A stretch of 60,198 nucleotides of DNA, the filler included, from Circinaria calcarea (Eukaryota): the NCBI GenBank assembly GCA_051942165.1. It is 7 parts of 7 records of this genome, joined end to end, with 100 filler letters (N's around TTAATTAATTAA, not from the genome) between each part and the next. Parts side by side here need not be neighbours in the genome. Positions count along the whole stretch, not along the records: positions 8,628 to 17,149 come from JAVECS010001096.1; positions 17,250 to 25,769 come from JAVECS010001097.1; 5 more parts are not named here. The stretch is one strand, 5' to 3'. The notes below the pieces were generated by a model. That model searched no databases. It had not been told where the DNA came from and saw only the letters and a program-made list of their open reading frames with translations. The position numbers and the translations under genes were made by a program. Below, one piece after another: positions 13,535 through 25,869 of this stretch; within the stretch, counting starts at the first letter, position 1, and every line of letters begins with the position of its first letter.

Positions 13535-14178
13535 ATGGATGAGTCCCACTTTCTGACTCAAGCAGCAACACGGTATCGCGACCTCCGATTGCAGTCTTTA
13601 CAAATAAGCCCGGAAGCTTACGGGTCAACCCATGCGTGTGAAGTCCAGTTCCCCCAGGAACTGTGGGAACAGCCATTACGAGACAAAAATGTTATCAATT
13701 TATAGCTACTGCCTTACGAGAACATCCGGAAGCGGAAGCTACACTGGCACAAGAGGAGAGCTGGATAGGTATGATTGTCGTACACGAGAAACATACGGAT
13801 GAGCATGCCAGTGCGTCCAAGGCTCCTTGGAGCTACAACCAATCCGGTTTGTCAGGTGAAGAGGCGACTCGCCACACCACACATTCTGCGGCTTGGTATC
13901 AGCTCAACGGATTGTTCGTTCATCCGTCCTCCCGACGCTCTGGTTTGGGTAAAGAGCTCATCCGGGCTGCTCTTACACATGTGAAAGAGAAGACAGAAGC
14001 AGATGGATTAGGTTCAGCGTCCGCTACGGTGATGGTTATCGTAGATACTTGGAAAAAAGGCGCTATAGCTCTCTATTCCAACTGCGGATTTGGAATTACA
14101 CAGGAGGATGAATATGATGTCAAGGGTTCAAAGCGTGGTGCGCTCTTGATGTCTTTGGTTCTCAATAACCACCCCTAA
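13535..14178 (+). pseudogene. GNAT-family acetyltransferase with a 1-nt frameshift near 13695 (pseudogene or sequencing error)
   Basis: One frame gives RYRDLRLQSLQISPEAYGSTHACEVQFPQELWEQPLRDKNV then a stop. Another frame continues QFIATA...LNGLFVHPSSRRSGLGKELI...AIALYSNCGF (GNAT motifs A and B). True start uncertain. Confidence 0.7.
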
Positions 14179-15313
14179 ATGGGATGCTTGATAGGTTCTG
14201 TCAACTTTATCAAGTAAACGGCCACACCTCTTCTCATCTAGCATAGGCTCCACACTTCGAACAGCGTCATTACTTACATTATCCAGCCTGGTTAGAAACG
14301 TATAGCCATGGGAGTTGCGTTCGTTTTCCCAATCTCAACCCTATGCATAAGTTCTGAATAGCGCGTGCATACCTTACATACTACGACGGAGCTATTCGGA
14401 TGCGCCTAAGGCAAGTACAGAGATCAAACCTAAGACCGTTTTGAGGTTATGTCGCTGTCCTCTAGCTGACTATATTTCCACGTTCTTACCCTCACTTAAA
14501 GCGAGTTTCCTATCATCTAGGTCTCGATCGCGATCGCATTGCCTCATTTTCTATTTAGGCTGCTTCCTCTACCTTTCAATTGTACAGGAGGTGAGGGAAG
14601 GTACACCTCTATGAGTGAAAGCAGAAACTCCGATGTAACGTTGGCATGTGTGGAACGGCAGGGCCGACGTTATCTTGAGATATGGACCGAAAGGTTTTTG
14701 GATTTTTCGCCCCTTGTTATTTGTTGGCTTGCATGTTGAGTTTTCAATGCTGTCACCTTTCAAGTCTTACGTCGGTCGCGGTAAAGCATGGCCCCTGCGG
14801 CATATTTGCAGCAGCAGACAGGCTTCAAGGAACCACTTGGATCTTCCAAAGGGTGCTGATTATATATTAGCACCCGCATAGTGCCCTTCAGTAGGGATGC
14901 ATATGTACCTTTGCATCTTCAGCAAGTTCTAAGTTGGCGAGGGTATTCTCACACGTCCTCATACTGACAGGATAGTGGAACAACATATGAATGGTTAACG
15001 CCAAAACATACCCCGTGGTGTCTTATGTATCCGAGGCACAGCAGCGCATCTCAACAAACGAATCTTCGCTATCACTGATACACAATGCCTGATCTGCTAT
15101 CCTTAGAGCGCTTCCCTAGCTCGAAATGTTATCGTCAAATTTATCAGGATCCTATAAGATAGAGTCCAAATCTCTTTTACAACTCACTCAACTTGAGCTG
15201 TCCGAGGGCTTCCGCAAAGCGGCTCCCCGAAGGCTTATTTAAAAGTTTCTTTTATTCCATCAATAGTGAAACTGAACGTCATTCGAGTGCTTCGAACGTA
15301 AGCAATAGATCCG

Positions 15314-16562
15314 ATGGATAAATCGGGCTTGGAACCTCCACCTGGAGTCATTCCCAACTTCTCGGATGCCTACACTATACAGCCTTATATCGTCCTAACA
15401 AAAACAATATGCGTTGTTACCTCCACCCTGGTCATCGTGCGCAGACACTAAATACCGTATTGTTGAGAATTTGGGATGGGAAAACCGTAAGTAGGTCACC
15501 AGTGGATGGATGTACCGAATGTCTGAACACTTACTGGTATCCTCTCCAACTTTAGATACATGTGTCATCGCTTGGGTAGATATTTTCTCTTGTCTACTAT
15601 TCCACCCTTCACATGGACCTTCATGAATATAGGTAGCTTTAGCTGATGGACTCCTTTTCAGTCGGCATCCCTAGCCTTCGTTTCATTCGGACTTCTCCTC
15701 AGTAACCATGGTGGTGGAACTAATCAATGGAATGTTCTACTTAGAGACGTTACGTATATGTTGTATGTATGTACGCCTGTACCGTGGGCCCATCGATTAG
15801 GTTCGACGTTTTCCTCTAACCTATCAATAGCATAAGAATATTGCCGACATGATCTTCGGCATCATTGTCTATTTCACAAAGTTCTCGATTCTCCTGCTCA
15901 TCCTGAAAATATTCATATTTTCCCGACGAGAGTTCTTCTTTTGGGCAACTCACCACCTTGTTTGGGTAAATATCATCTACTGGATTACGTGGTTTCTCCT
16001 TCTTACCCTCCTATGCCTTCCACGAACCAAGATATGGAATCCGAAGGTTCCGGAACACTGTCTAGGAAAATTTGCTTTATATCGTTCCTCGGCCGTCGTC
16101 AACATGGTTATAGATATCATGATGCTAGTCGTGCTCCTCTATAAGATATCTCATTTGCAAATGTCAATCAAAGGCAAGATTGGAATGTTGGCCGTATTCG
16201 CCATAGGCTGCCTGTACATATACCAAGTGTCTTCCGCGTAAAGGCAAAGCTAATCTTCTACAGAGCGTGCATCTCCAGCATCATCAGCCTCGTATACGAT
16301 ATCAATTACTCCCCCACTCTGAAGACTCGACATACAACCAGCCGCGCGCTACCCTTGGGGGGTGAGGACCTCCCTATTTACTTATATATTACTAGTAACC
16401 TCCTCCACCCTACGATTACTAAAACCCAAACTAGCTACTCCGAAATCACCTGCGGCATCATCTACAAGTAACGCTCCCGCTCTCCCCTACCTCTACCAAC
16501 ACTTCGCCGCCCTCCCTTCTTCCCTAGAAGCTAGCATCGCTACACGAGCGCTCGCAGGCTAA
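15314..16562 (+). pseudogene. PTH11-like (fungal rhodopsin-domain) integral membrane protein, disrupted
   Basis: MDKSGLEPPPGVIPNF start; frameshift before TKYRIVENLGWEN; exon with TKFSILLLILKIF...CLPRTKIWNP...NMVIDIMMLV...LQMSIKGKIG; degenerate EITCGIIYK* near the 3' end. Confidence 0.75.
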
Positions 16563-16672
16563 TCCACTAAAGTCTTAGCTCCAAACCCTCAATCGAGTCA
16601 AAAGATATCAATGCAGAGTACCTGCACCCGGAAGATCGAGGTGAGGTGATGATGGTGCCGGCGAATGCGGTT

Positions 16673-16776
16673 GGAATGGGAAGAGGGAATAGGAAGAGTG
16701 AATAGGAAGAGGGAATAGGAAGAGGGAATGGGAAGAGGGAACGGGAAGAAGGAATGGGAAGAGGGAATGGGAAGGG
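16673..16776 (+). repeat. Minisatellite, 8 x 13 bp (consensus GGAATRGGAAGAG)
   Basis: Eight consecutive near-identical purine-rich units read directly. Confidence 0.9.
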
Positions 16777-17149
16777 TAATAAGGGGCTGGAGGAAAGGGA
16801 CGAGGGGAAAACATGGCGGGGAGAAGGGGGCCCAAACCGGCCGGTGAGGGTGGACCTTGGGATTTACCGATTGTCAGGGTGATGGCTATACGGTTGGGGA
16901 AAGCACTATGTAAACCTGGTCGAGTTTTCAAATCCATCACCCGCCTCTGGATCTTGTGTTTCGATGCATGTGCCCAAGTCCAAATTACACCTCGACGTAA
17001 CTCGGTTTAAATACGAAATAACACAATCCATGATGGATTTCCCTTGCTCCTTTCGACTTTTTTTGACAAAATCTAACCCCCCACCAGTTTCCCCATCTAA
17101 ACCTCTCCTTTTCTCATCTTCACCTAAATCGACAACCCTCCCTACACCC

Positions 17150-17249
17150 NNNNNNNNNNNNNNNNNNNNNNNNNNNNNNNNNNNNNNNNNNNNTTAATTA
17201 ATTAANNNNNNNNNNNNNNNNNNNNNNNNNNNNNNNNNNNNNNNNNNNN
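17150..17249. other. Artificial contig-joining spacer
   Basis: N44-TTAATTAATTAA-N44. Confidence 0.98.
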
Positions 17250-17646
17250 ATTCTATGTGTCCTTTCCGCGTCTTCCTGAGCAGACTAATGGTCATACCGA
17301 AATACCGAAACCTAAGGGTATTCTATCGTGTCAATTATATCAAAGATCCTGTGACATGGGTCTTGGAGTTCCATTCAATATCGCTTCGTATGCTCTTCTT
17401 ACGCACATGCTGGCTCGTGTATGCGATCTTACCCCCGGTACATTCATACACACTATGGGAGACGCGCACGTTTACCTTGACCATGTGGACGCGCTCCAGG
17501 TACAGTTAGAGAGACAGCCTAGAGACTTTCCTAGCTTGATTATAAAGAAAGAGCCTGGTGGTAGCATTGATGGGTGGGAAGTCGAGGATTTAGAAGTGAA
17601 AGGCTACAAACCACACCAGGGCATTGCAATGGACATGAGCGTTTGA
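17250..17646 (+). CDS. CDC21: Thymidylate synthase, C-terminal part (5' truncated by contig edge)
   Basis: [29 protein letters not shown]...GDAHVYLDH...MDMSV*. Confidence 0.96.
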
Positions 17647-17878
17647 TTGTGTAGCAGAAAGCCCTAATTCTTATAAAATGTCCCTCGGAATTCTTGACGC
17701 CATTATCTATGCTCGCATTGCGAACTGGACCAAAATACATTTTCTACCCACATGGTGTGATGTGGCTGCATGAATTTCTAAATATATCACATCACAAGGC
17801 TACCGACTTTGGAAGTCCTTATGACTTCAAGTTATCTTCCTTCGTTTTATTCGGTCACAATATGCAATTAAAGTAACA

Positions 17879-19817
17879 ATGAACGAGCATCGCGGATCAT
17901 CGATGGGAAGGTACTGGGATTCCGCTTTGTCATGGGATCGAAAGTTCACAAAACGCCGGCAGAAAGCTTACCTTGCTGAAGAAAGTAACCTTACACAAGA
18001 TGCGAAGCAGTCCACTTTGACTTCTTTTCTTAATGAGCAAGCATCTAGACTCGACCCTCCCGACCACAACTTCATTGAGCTCCGAGCCTTTCTCGAGAGA
18101 GCTAGCGATGCGGAATTAATGGGAGACCCCTCGCTCCCTCGTTACAACGTGCCAATAGCCCTGCTGGATGATCGCCGTGATAATACAGGTTGGCAAGATA
18201 GCAGGGGCGAACATTATGCAGCCAGGGATTGGGATGGATATGCCAGCTATCCACCGCAGGGCGAAAGCAGATTCTCTAGGCTTTTTAGCGCCGGTGATCT
18301 ATACAGAAGGCTTCAGACAAGTGTAAGGAGGTAGACTCAACTGTCAACGTTGCTGATCTTTAGATCTCTAGAGACGAGCTACTGGTGCCGAACGTCGCGT
18401 AATGTAACATCTTCTCGCCTATGAACGAGAATGTTCTAAGAAAATAAGCTATGTGGCAGATATGTCACCCCTCTGCGGTTTGGCCATCGCTTCTACTTCC
18501 TCCAAGTTTCAGGCTCCGAATCTGAGAGAGTTTCTACAACGGTATATCTCTCATCGTGTGTACTTTGGTGTTTTATCAGTTGGTAGCTCCGCATTACTTA
18601 TTACGTTACTATCGCTAAGTACGTCTACAGTCATTTGGCTTCACTCTAGAATTCCATCTACCATATTATGCTTTGCGTCAAGGCGAATCACTGAAACCTG
18701 ATGCCAGGGGTCTGCGACGATCTGGCCCGTTTATTACTGAATTGGCCGGGTCTGGGATCTCTAAGTATCTCTATGAAGCTCAGGTCTCATTGCAAATTAC
18801 TGGCATTGATGAGTGGTTCTGGACAGCGTACTGCTGCGTTGATACATACTTTGGGAGCGAAGAAACTATACAGTTCTATCATGACAGGACTCTCGACGCA
18901 CCGACCGGCGGGAATAGGCTAACGAAATACCCCGAATGGAACCCTCGGGAGTATTTTCTTTTGGTACTTTCTCATCGCTTCAGACAGGTTAGGAAGGAAT
19001 GGGGAAACGTAGTGAATGCACTTGAAAGCCGGCTTCAATACCATGTATGTGCCTCCAATGATATTCCTAATACTACCCAATGTCTGATTCAGGAAAGGAG
19101 GAAAGAGTGTTCGATGAGGAAAAAAGGAAGTCATCCCTCGTCGATGATGCTAGCTTCAGCCGAACTCAAGAGTATACATCGACACTCGAGCTGGTCCGTC
19201 TTCTCTACCATTCGCTCGTCAAGATTATTGAGTGTTGGGAGAACTTTGATAGAAATGAGATCCACTACTTTGATGTTGCGGACCATAGTGCGATCCGCCA
19301 TAGATGGAATAAATACCTAGCAAGTATAGAGAAGGACTTGACTGAATTACGATTCTTCCGCAGGTCTTTACTACAAAGAATCGAGATGTTTGATAATATG
19401 AGGAACGGAGTGAGCCCATTACCTGCCGTTACCGCATCTCTTACTAAGTTTTGAAGTTGGTCAATGCCTCTGCAATGGTTGAAGGCAGGGTAGCAACACT
19501 TCAGGGCCGAACCATCGGCCGTGTAACCATTGTAGGTTGCATTCCATACTTAGGGTTAATAAAGTTCTAATATAAGTAGGCCTATTTGCCTCTAAGCCTA
19601 GCAGCTGTATGTTTAACTGTTGAAAGGAGTGTTCGCGCCCGGGCTGATAAATCTTAGGCTCTCTTCGGCATGACAATGGTACCGCAGAATGCATCGTGGG
19701 CTGCGTTCATAGTCCTTCTCTTATTTTTGGTCGCGCTCACGGTCATAGTCACCTTTAGAGCGCGACTACTCCTTGGTATTATTAGACACTTGGAAAGGAG
19801 GTTGTATGATGTTTTGA
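17879..19817 (+). CDS. Fungal CorA-like (Mg2+ transporter superfamily) protein, multi-exon
   Basis: Exons with IALLDDR, EFHLPYYALR, YEAQVSLQITGIDEWFWTAYCCVDTYF, WNPREYFL; terminal exon ALFGMTMVPQNASWAAFIVLLLFLVAL ending at TGA 19815-19817. Confidence 0.7.
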
Positions 19818-19892
19818 CCCAACCAATATAAATAAACGTCGCCGATTGTATGGCAAATGTCGATAGCAATTATCCAATAATGTGTGTATATT

Positions 19893-20429
19893 TCAGGACA
19901 GCGAGTCATGTGGTAAGGGGACCTCCAAATATCGGCCACCTACCGGACATTGTGCACACTTAGCATGACCACATACAGGACATCTATCTGGACTATTGGC
20001 CGTAAGAATGCTATTCCCGCATGAACACTGCCAGGAGTGAATTAGACTGCGCAACAGGTACAGACGAAAGTAGTGAGCTTACACAAATCCAAACATCGGT
20101 CGCACTCCTTGTGACGAGATCTACACCTTCCAATCTTGTTTGTTCTTCGTCCTTGAGCTCAGTGCATTGCCCGCACTTGAAGTGTCCGCAGCTTTTACAT
20201 TGTGGGGACGCTTCTGTCAACAGCGACTCGTTTGAAGGCTGACCGCATGTAGATGTCGAATTACACTAATTCGCGGTGAAGTCAGTATAGATGTAGACTA
20301 ATCTTTCTGCACTTAACGCACGCAGGTCCATTTGCTCTTCTTTGGAGGATCTTCCGACGTTGAAGCCGAGAAGGCTGCGGGAAACGCAGGTGTCACTCCA
20401 TCATTTGCCTGATCAATTGCCCAACTCAT
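19893..20429 (-). CDS. Small (~141 aa) protein with two WxCC...CG...CxxCGHxKCxxC modules, 3 exons
   Basis: ATG 20429; introns 20266-20321 (GTGCGT..CTGAC..TAG) and 20028-20082 (GTAAGC..CTAAT..CAG). Spliced frame is open: ...KWTC|CNSTSTCGQ...QCKSCGHFKCGQC...VWIC|CSCGN...RCPVCGHAKCAQC...*. Confidence 0.75.
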
Positions 20430-21134
20430 GCTCCAGGAATGTGTCGAGCAGTCTGCTCGCAACCTCGAGCTCGAGAACTGGGAGCTAGAGCGATATCAGA
20501 GAATAGAACAAGAAGGCTGGGATCCTGATGATTAAAAGCCGATGTACTGCCCCTTGGTGTTCCAATCAGAAACTTAACTTTGAGCCTCCGTATGCAGCCT
20601 CGTCGGTAGTCTGCAAAACTCGAGGCTGCGATCATCTTTTCGTGCGTCAGGCAAAGCAGATTCGAGGCGTCATTGGAGCTAATGTAGTGCGATATACTGC
20701 TGCTGGAGAATGGGAAATAAAAAAGATCAAGAAGAGGCTCCATATTGCATAGGAGCGGTATATGATCGTCTAGTAGAGGACTTACAGGAGAGAAGTCCTA
20801 GCCTCGCGATATTGTACGAAGGTACCCCACCACTACCATGTCTTTCTTGTGCAACGTGGTATAAATAATAAGGCTATATGATAAGCAATGTTCAGCCTTG
20901 AAGCATGCCACTGTTACAGATATGGAACTCAGGCAAACATATTAGGCACCCCCTCTACGCGTTTATATTATTGCTGACAGAACAAGTCAACATTCCGACA
21001 GCAGATTAGTGAGTTTCCATGTCTACTTATTGCGATCATTGTTGGGATTCTTTGAGATAACCTAGCTTTGGTGTATTATATACCCATATTGCAAGTACCC
21101 CATCGGTGTTTGACTGCATCAGTATTATCATATC

Positions 21135-23614
21135 ATGCCGATTTTGACGTAAATTTCGCTTTCCGTAGAGCTTGTGAAACTCGCATAGTATCTACCTCTA
21201 CCTGCTACAACTAGTGCTCTTATCGGTTCCGTTCGTGACTTCAAGCGTTCCGGCTCCGACTTTCTAGTAGTAGAAGATTTGATGGCAATCTTTGGTAGAG
21301 GCAGAGTCGTGCGGTCGATGGAAAATCACTTTCGCGATGTCATCAAAGCTGCCTCGATTGATCCTCCGTCTCCGCTCTACTCGGGAGCCGAAATTGTTCT
21401 TGATGTGGGTGCTGGTCCTACTCTGCGCCGGGCTTTAACAAATGGCCATTCCTATATGGCTACTGTCATTCAACTCTCGTTCCTGGGATCAATGCATAAA
21501 GAAACTACTCTCGCGGCGACGTTGACCGAGTGCATGCTTAATCGCTATGAGAAAGGAGTTCAGGATGCCACGCCTGATCCCGATTATGCTGGCGTTTTGG
21601 GGACTTTACAAGCTTGTACCAGCCAGACTTGCCAATATCCTTGGGAAGTGCTAATAGCACTCGTTGAAAGCAAATTTCCTCGATCAGCTCCATGGTTTCG
21701 AGCCTTTAAAAGTCCTTTGAAATCTCTTTCACCGAATTTGCTCCTCGGAGCTATGGATTATTTGTATTTGGTTCAAAGTCTCCCAGAAGACCGTATCATG
21801 GTAGTAGAAAACCAGGTGGGACTGGTGTTGAGCAAGCAATAATGTGTGGTTGCATTACTACCTGAGTGTGTAACTATCTAAGCTATGTATGCAGCGAAAA
21901 GTGCTTTTATGAGGTGTGTAGAGAGTGTTGAGCATGGACCTCTTATATAATATATGCATCGGTAAGCCCTATGGCTCGCTAAGCCCTATGACTTCCAACA
22001 ACTAGTACCAATTGCTGTGTAGGCACATTGTATACTCAGCCTTAGAGTTTTCGTAAAAGACAGTCCAGATGGAGATGTCAACCTCGGAACACCAGGAAAC
22101 CCACAGGTCATTATCCACTGGTCTCAGAAGTGGGAACTGTATCCCGATCGCGAGTGGGAAGTCAGAAATTCATCCATTCCAAGAGTATACCTACTGGACG
22201 CGGGGATGGAAGTGCTTTTGGTAACGGAGCCTAATGATCACGAAGGAATCAAGATAGAAGGACTAGAATACCACCGCTTGAAGGGTTACGGCACCACCTT
22301 TCTTCGGAGACTTCTCATCATAGAATCAATAGTCGTCGATGATAATCCAATCTATGCTGAAGTTGCGCAATATGTCATTGCTGTTGCTATTGTGATATCC
22401 AAATCCATGCATCGCATTCCCTTCAAGCGGAAGCTTGAACAGACGAAACAATATCTCGAGCAGTACTATATGAAGATAGAATCTACGCGAATTCTTGAAT
22501 CCGGTGGGCTGTTATTGTCAGGGATTGAATTCGACAAGAAGGGCGTCAATGGTTATGTTGAAAGGCTAACAAGTCTTGTGGTTGAAGATATGCCCGTTCC
22601 TCCAACTGTACAAACATTTATCGAGCGACCCAGAAGCAAACCCTATGGCAATAATAAACACGACTTCTGCACGGAAGCTATCCAGCTTGCATCCTGGATC
22701 ATGATATTTTCCCGAGTTACTGATGTACAGTCATGCTCTGACATGCTATTGGTTTATGATTCGCAGAGGGCGAATGGCGCGAACAGGGCCATTGGAACTG
22801 TTCTGACGCTTGAAGATTCAGACATATAGTTTGTGGAGATTATAGCAATGATGCTAGGAGATGTTGGAGCATTAGCCCTTCCTGAGAATCATAACGACTA
22901 TTTTCTTCTCAGCCACAAAGGTTGGAGCATCTACCACAGCAACGTCGGAGATATTGATCCAGGAGGCGTGGACTGTGAATCGATATGCATTCGACGAGGC
23001 GTACCGACCAACTTGCGAACTAAAGAACGTAAGCTTGCGATCCTGGATGCGCCACGTATTTGGCCCAAACAAACTCACAACGCTACTGTGGTGGATAGGG
23101 GTGAATCATTCCTTCCAAGATGTGTTTCTCCGGTCATCAAACGTACAGAACTCTACAGCAGCCGCGGGAAAGTATTCTGGCTATCTATTCGCTACGATAT
23201 TGACGACCTAGAAAGTCTACAAGGATTCGGCAACAAGGGCAAATTCTCTATTTATGCATCGTATCACCAACTTCACGACGGCCTCTGTATGGCCATGAAG
23301 ACCGAACCGTGCATGCATCACACACAGGACAGCAAGCTTGTGCAACTGAGCCTCGGCGTTGTGGCAGCTAAAAGGTTTGATTGGGTTAATTATGAAAGTA
23401 TCGAAGAACGAATCTGTTTAAACCTGGTCAAGGTGATTCCCGAGCCCGATGGGTCCTGCTCGGTGAACTTATCTTCAAGGGTCATCCTGTAGAGGTAGGG
23501 CGGGTTCACAGTCATCTAAACAGAAGGGTAATGCTTCGGTGCAACAATTGCTGCGAGAACTGTGCTATCAAACAGGCCAGTGCAAGGGAGGGCAAATGGC
23601 TGATCATCCTATAA
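21135..23614 (+). pseudogene. Large uncharacterised fungal protein gene (~760 codons) disrupted by a solo LTR, stops and frameshifts
   Basis: Collinear ORF pieces (FKRSGSDFLVVEDLMAIFGR..., ...GLVPIAV*AHCIL..., DI*F..., MLRCNNCCENCAIKQASAREGKWLIIL*) with in-frame TAGs where W/Q would fit. Confidence 0.75.
21826..22000. mobile_element. Solo LTR of an LTR retrotransposon (175 bp, possibly Copia-type)
   Basis: Termini TGTTG...CAACA; flanking 5-bp TSD ACTGG (21821-21825) / ACTAG (22001-22005); internal TATATAA. Excising it plus one TSD restores the host frame (GLVPIAV). Confidence 0.85.
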
Positions 23615-25769
23615 TTTATAGCATTGATGATGATAGGGATAGTGGGCAATACAATTATTGGTATACGATTAGAAGCCTGGCAAAAGCGCTTTACGGGATA
23701 TCATTTCTAACGTGAAGTTGCGTCTTTCTTCAAGTTACTGAGTTTTGAGCTCTTTTTCTTTGATTATTCCTCTCGCTATAACCCTCTGCTTATACTTTCC
23801 CCCATACTTTTAGAAGGATCCTTTACGAATAGTATAAGGATCCTACGAATAAGGGTCGGTAAACTTTGTGATAATATGTTTCAATAGTTCGCAGAGCATA
23901 TAGATTATTGCTAAAAAACTATTGTGTAACGCTTCGCGAGAAAACCTCAATCCTCGCTAAACGAATACCTCGTGGCCTCGGTGTATGGTATAGTTCACCT
24001 TGTAGGGTTCGTAATAGTTCTCTGATGGAGGCTCTTATAGTTTCTACGTGTTTATTACCCCCTTCCTTCTTCCTTTTCTACTCCTATTTCCTACCCAAAA
24101 CCCTTTACTCTCGACTCTTTCTTTAAAATACCTTAACCCCCTTTACAAGCACTAAATCCCAATTTTCTACATAATAATATACTATTGAAATTATTTCTAA
24201 TAGTCTACCGAAGCCATCCCAAGTCTACGGATCTCCGACATCAATCGAAGCCCAAGCTGGCTGTTAATAAGGAAATTTATAATTACAGAGTTGTTTAAAT
24301 GTACATCCAGCCGCATCCTAATTCAAGTATCCTTCCTCAATCTCACTTCTCTTCCTAACCTCCCCTTTTTAACTCTTTCCCCTTTCTTTCACACCCCCAC
24401 CTCTCCCCTTCCTTCCCCATTCTCCACATTTAGGCCCCGCTATCCCTTGTCCTCCTTCACACTCCTTCCTTGCTCCCCCACTTCCCCTTCCCTTACACAT
24501 TCCTCTCTTTCAACCGCCACCCACCTATGTATCTCCACAACACCCTCGCAACCAATTCCCCCCACCCGTGACCCAACCAGCACCTAACGGTAACCTATTT
24601 GATCAAGGCGTTTCAACTGCCTTTACACCAGGGCCCCGAGACGAACCGACTCTACAGTCCACCAAATTTCTACTTACGGTTACGGGTATACATATATCCA
24701 AGTGGCAAGAATTCGGAAACCGGCCAACGATGGAAAACGGCCCTCGGCGGTAATTTTCGCTCCCTGGCAAATTGAAGGAGGGAAGATATACATAGGGGGG
24801 GGGGGTCTTTAAGCCCCTGTCTATTTGTTACTCACTCTTGGGTTTCTTAGTGCTTTCATAGATATTAGTATTAAACCTTAAACGAAACCCCTGCTAGAAG
24901 GGTCGCTCATGGTCAGGCGCTGTTGGAAACCAGAGGGTTTACCGTGTTACGTGTAACCTACGGATTATGTGTGGTTTTATGCTCATTACCTCCTCCTACA
25001 CAACCTATAAATTCTGTTTTTGGGCCGCTGCATAGCTAGTTGAGATAGTCGTATATATACAGTAATACAGGCATGCCATCATACGCATGCATGCCGCCAT
25101 AATATTGCCTGATTCAGTGCAGGATCTGGCATCTTTTTAGAACAGGCTCTTTAACAGACCTAAGATAGTTACGATGAGCCCAAGGACGTAAAGCATGAAC
25201 TCCGTGGCTGCTGACGCTCAAGGCGGAGTAATAGCGGAGAGGACGGTACGTGTATATACGGTGAATTAGAGTATTGCTCTTAGATTTAAAGATACAGAGA
25301 TATACGGTGGGCGAGAAGACTTTAAGGCAGGAAGATGAATCAGGACTGTCTCTTACCCAGAATCTCTATCTAAACCACTACCGTGATGAAAAAGTTCGGG
25401 AGGTTTGGAGGTTTGGAGGTTGAGTCAGCAGGGAAGGTAGTGTAATAATTGAGAAAGTGAGAAATGGATATGAGAAAAGCGTAATACAACGGCTGGCGGG
25501 GGTTTGTTTTGATAGTAATAGAACTTTTATACATCGGCAGGCGACCTGCTCTAAACTGATTACAGTGGGGAATCGCGTTGCTCGGAGTGTAGAGCTGTGT
25601 TATCCCTGTGTCATCAATCATGTATAGGGACAACGCTAACAAAAATGGAGTTATTGTCGGATTAATGATAAAAGGAATCTAACACTTCAATTGTGCGGAT
25701 AATAGCAAAGCAAAAGAGAAAGCCAGTTGCTTTCATATGTTTCGTCTGCATCTGTTTTATTCAATCTAT

Positions 25770-25869
25770 NNNNNNNNNNNNNNNNNNNNNNNNNNNNNNN
25801 NNNNNNNNNNNNNTTAATTAATTAANNNNNNNNNNNNNNNNNNNNNNNNNNNNNNNNNNNNNNNNNNNN
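25770..25869. other. Artificial contig-joining spacer
   Basis: N44-TTAATTAATTAA-N44. Confidence 0.98.

Noticed and set aside
25168..25195. CGATGAGCCCAAGGACGTAAA, hammerhead-ribozyme-like
   Set aside because: CTGATGA and GAAA cores are both broken and flanking stems were not found.
23700..25769. TpA-rich tract with a G11 run, possible RIP-degraded transposon
   Set aside because: No readable transposase/RT motif or terminal repeats, so it is not called as a feature.
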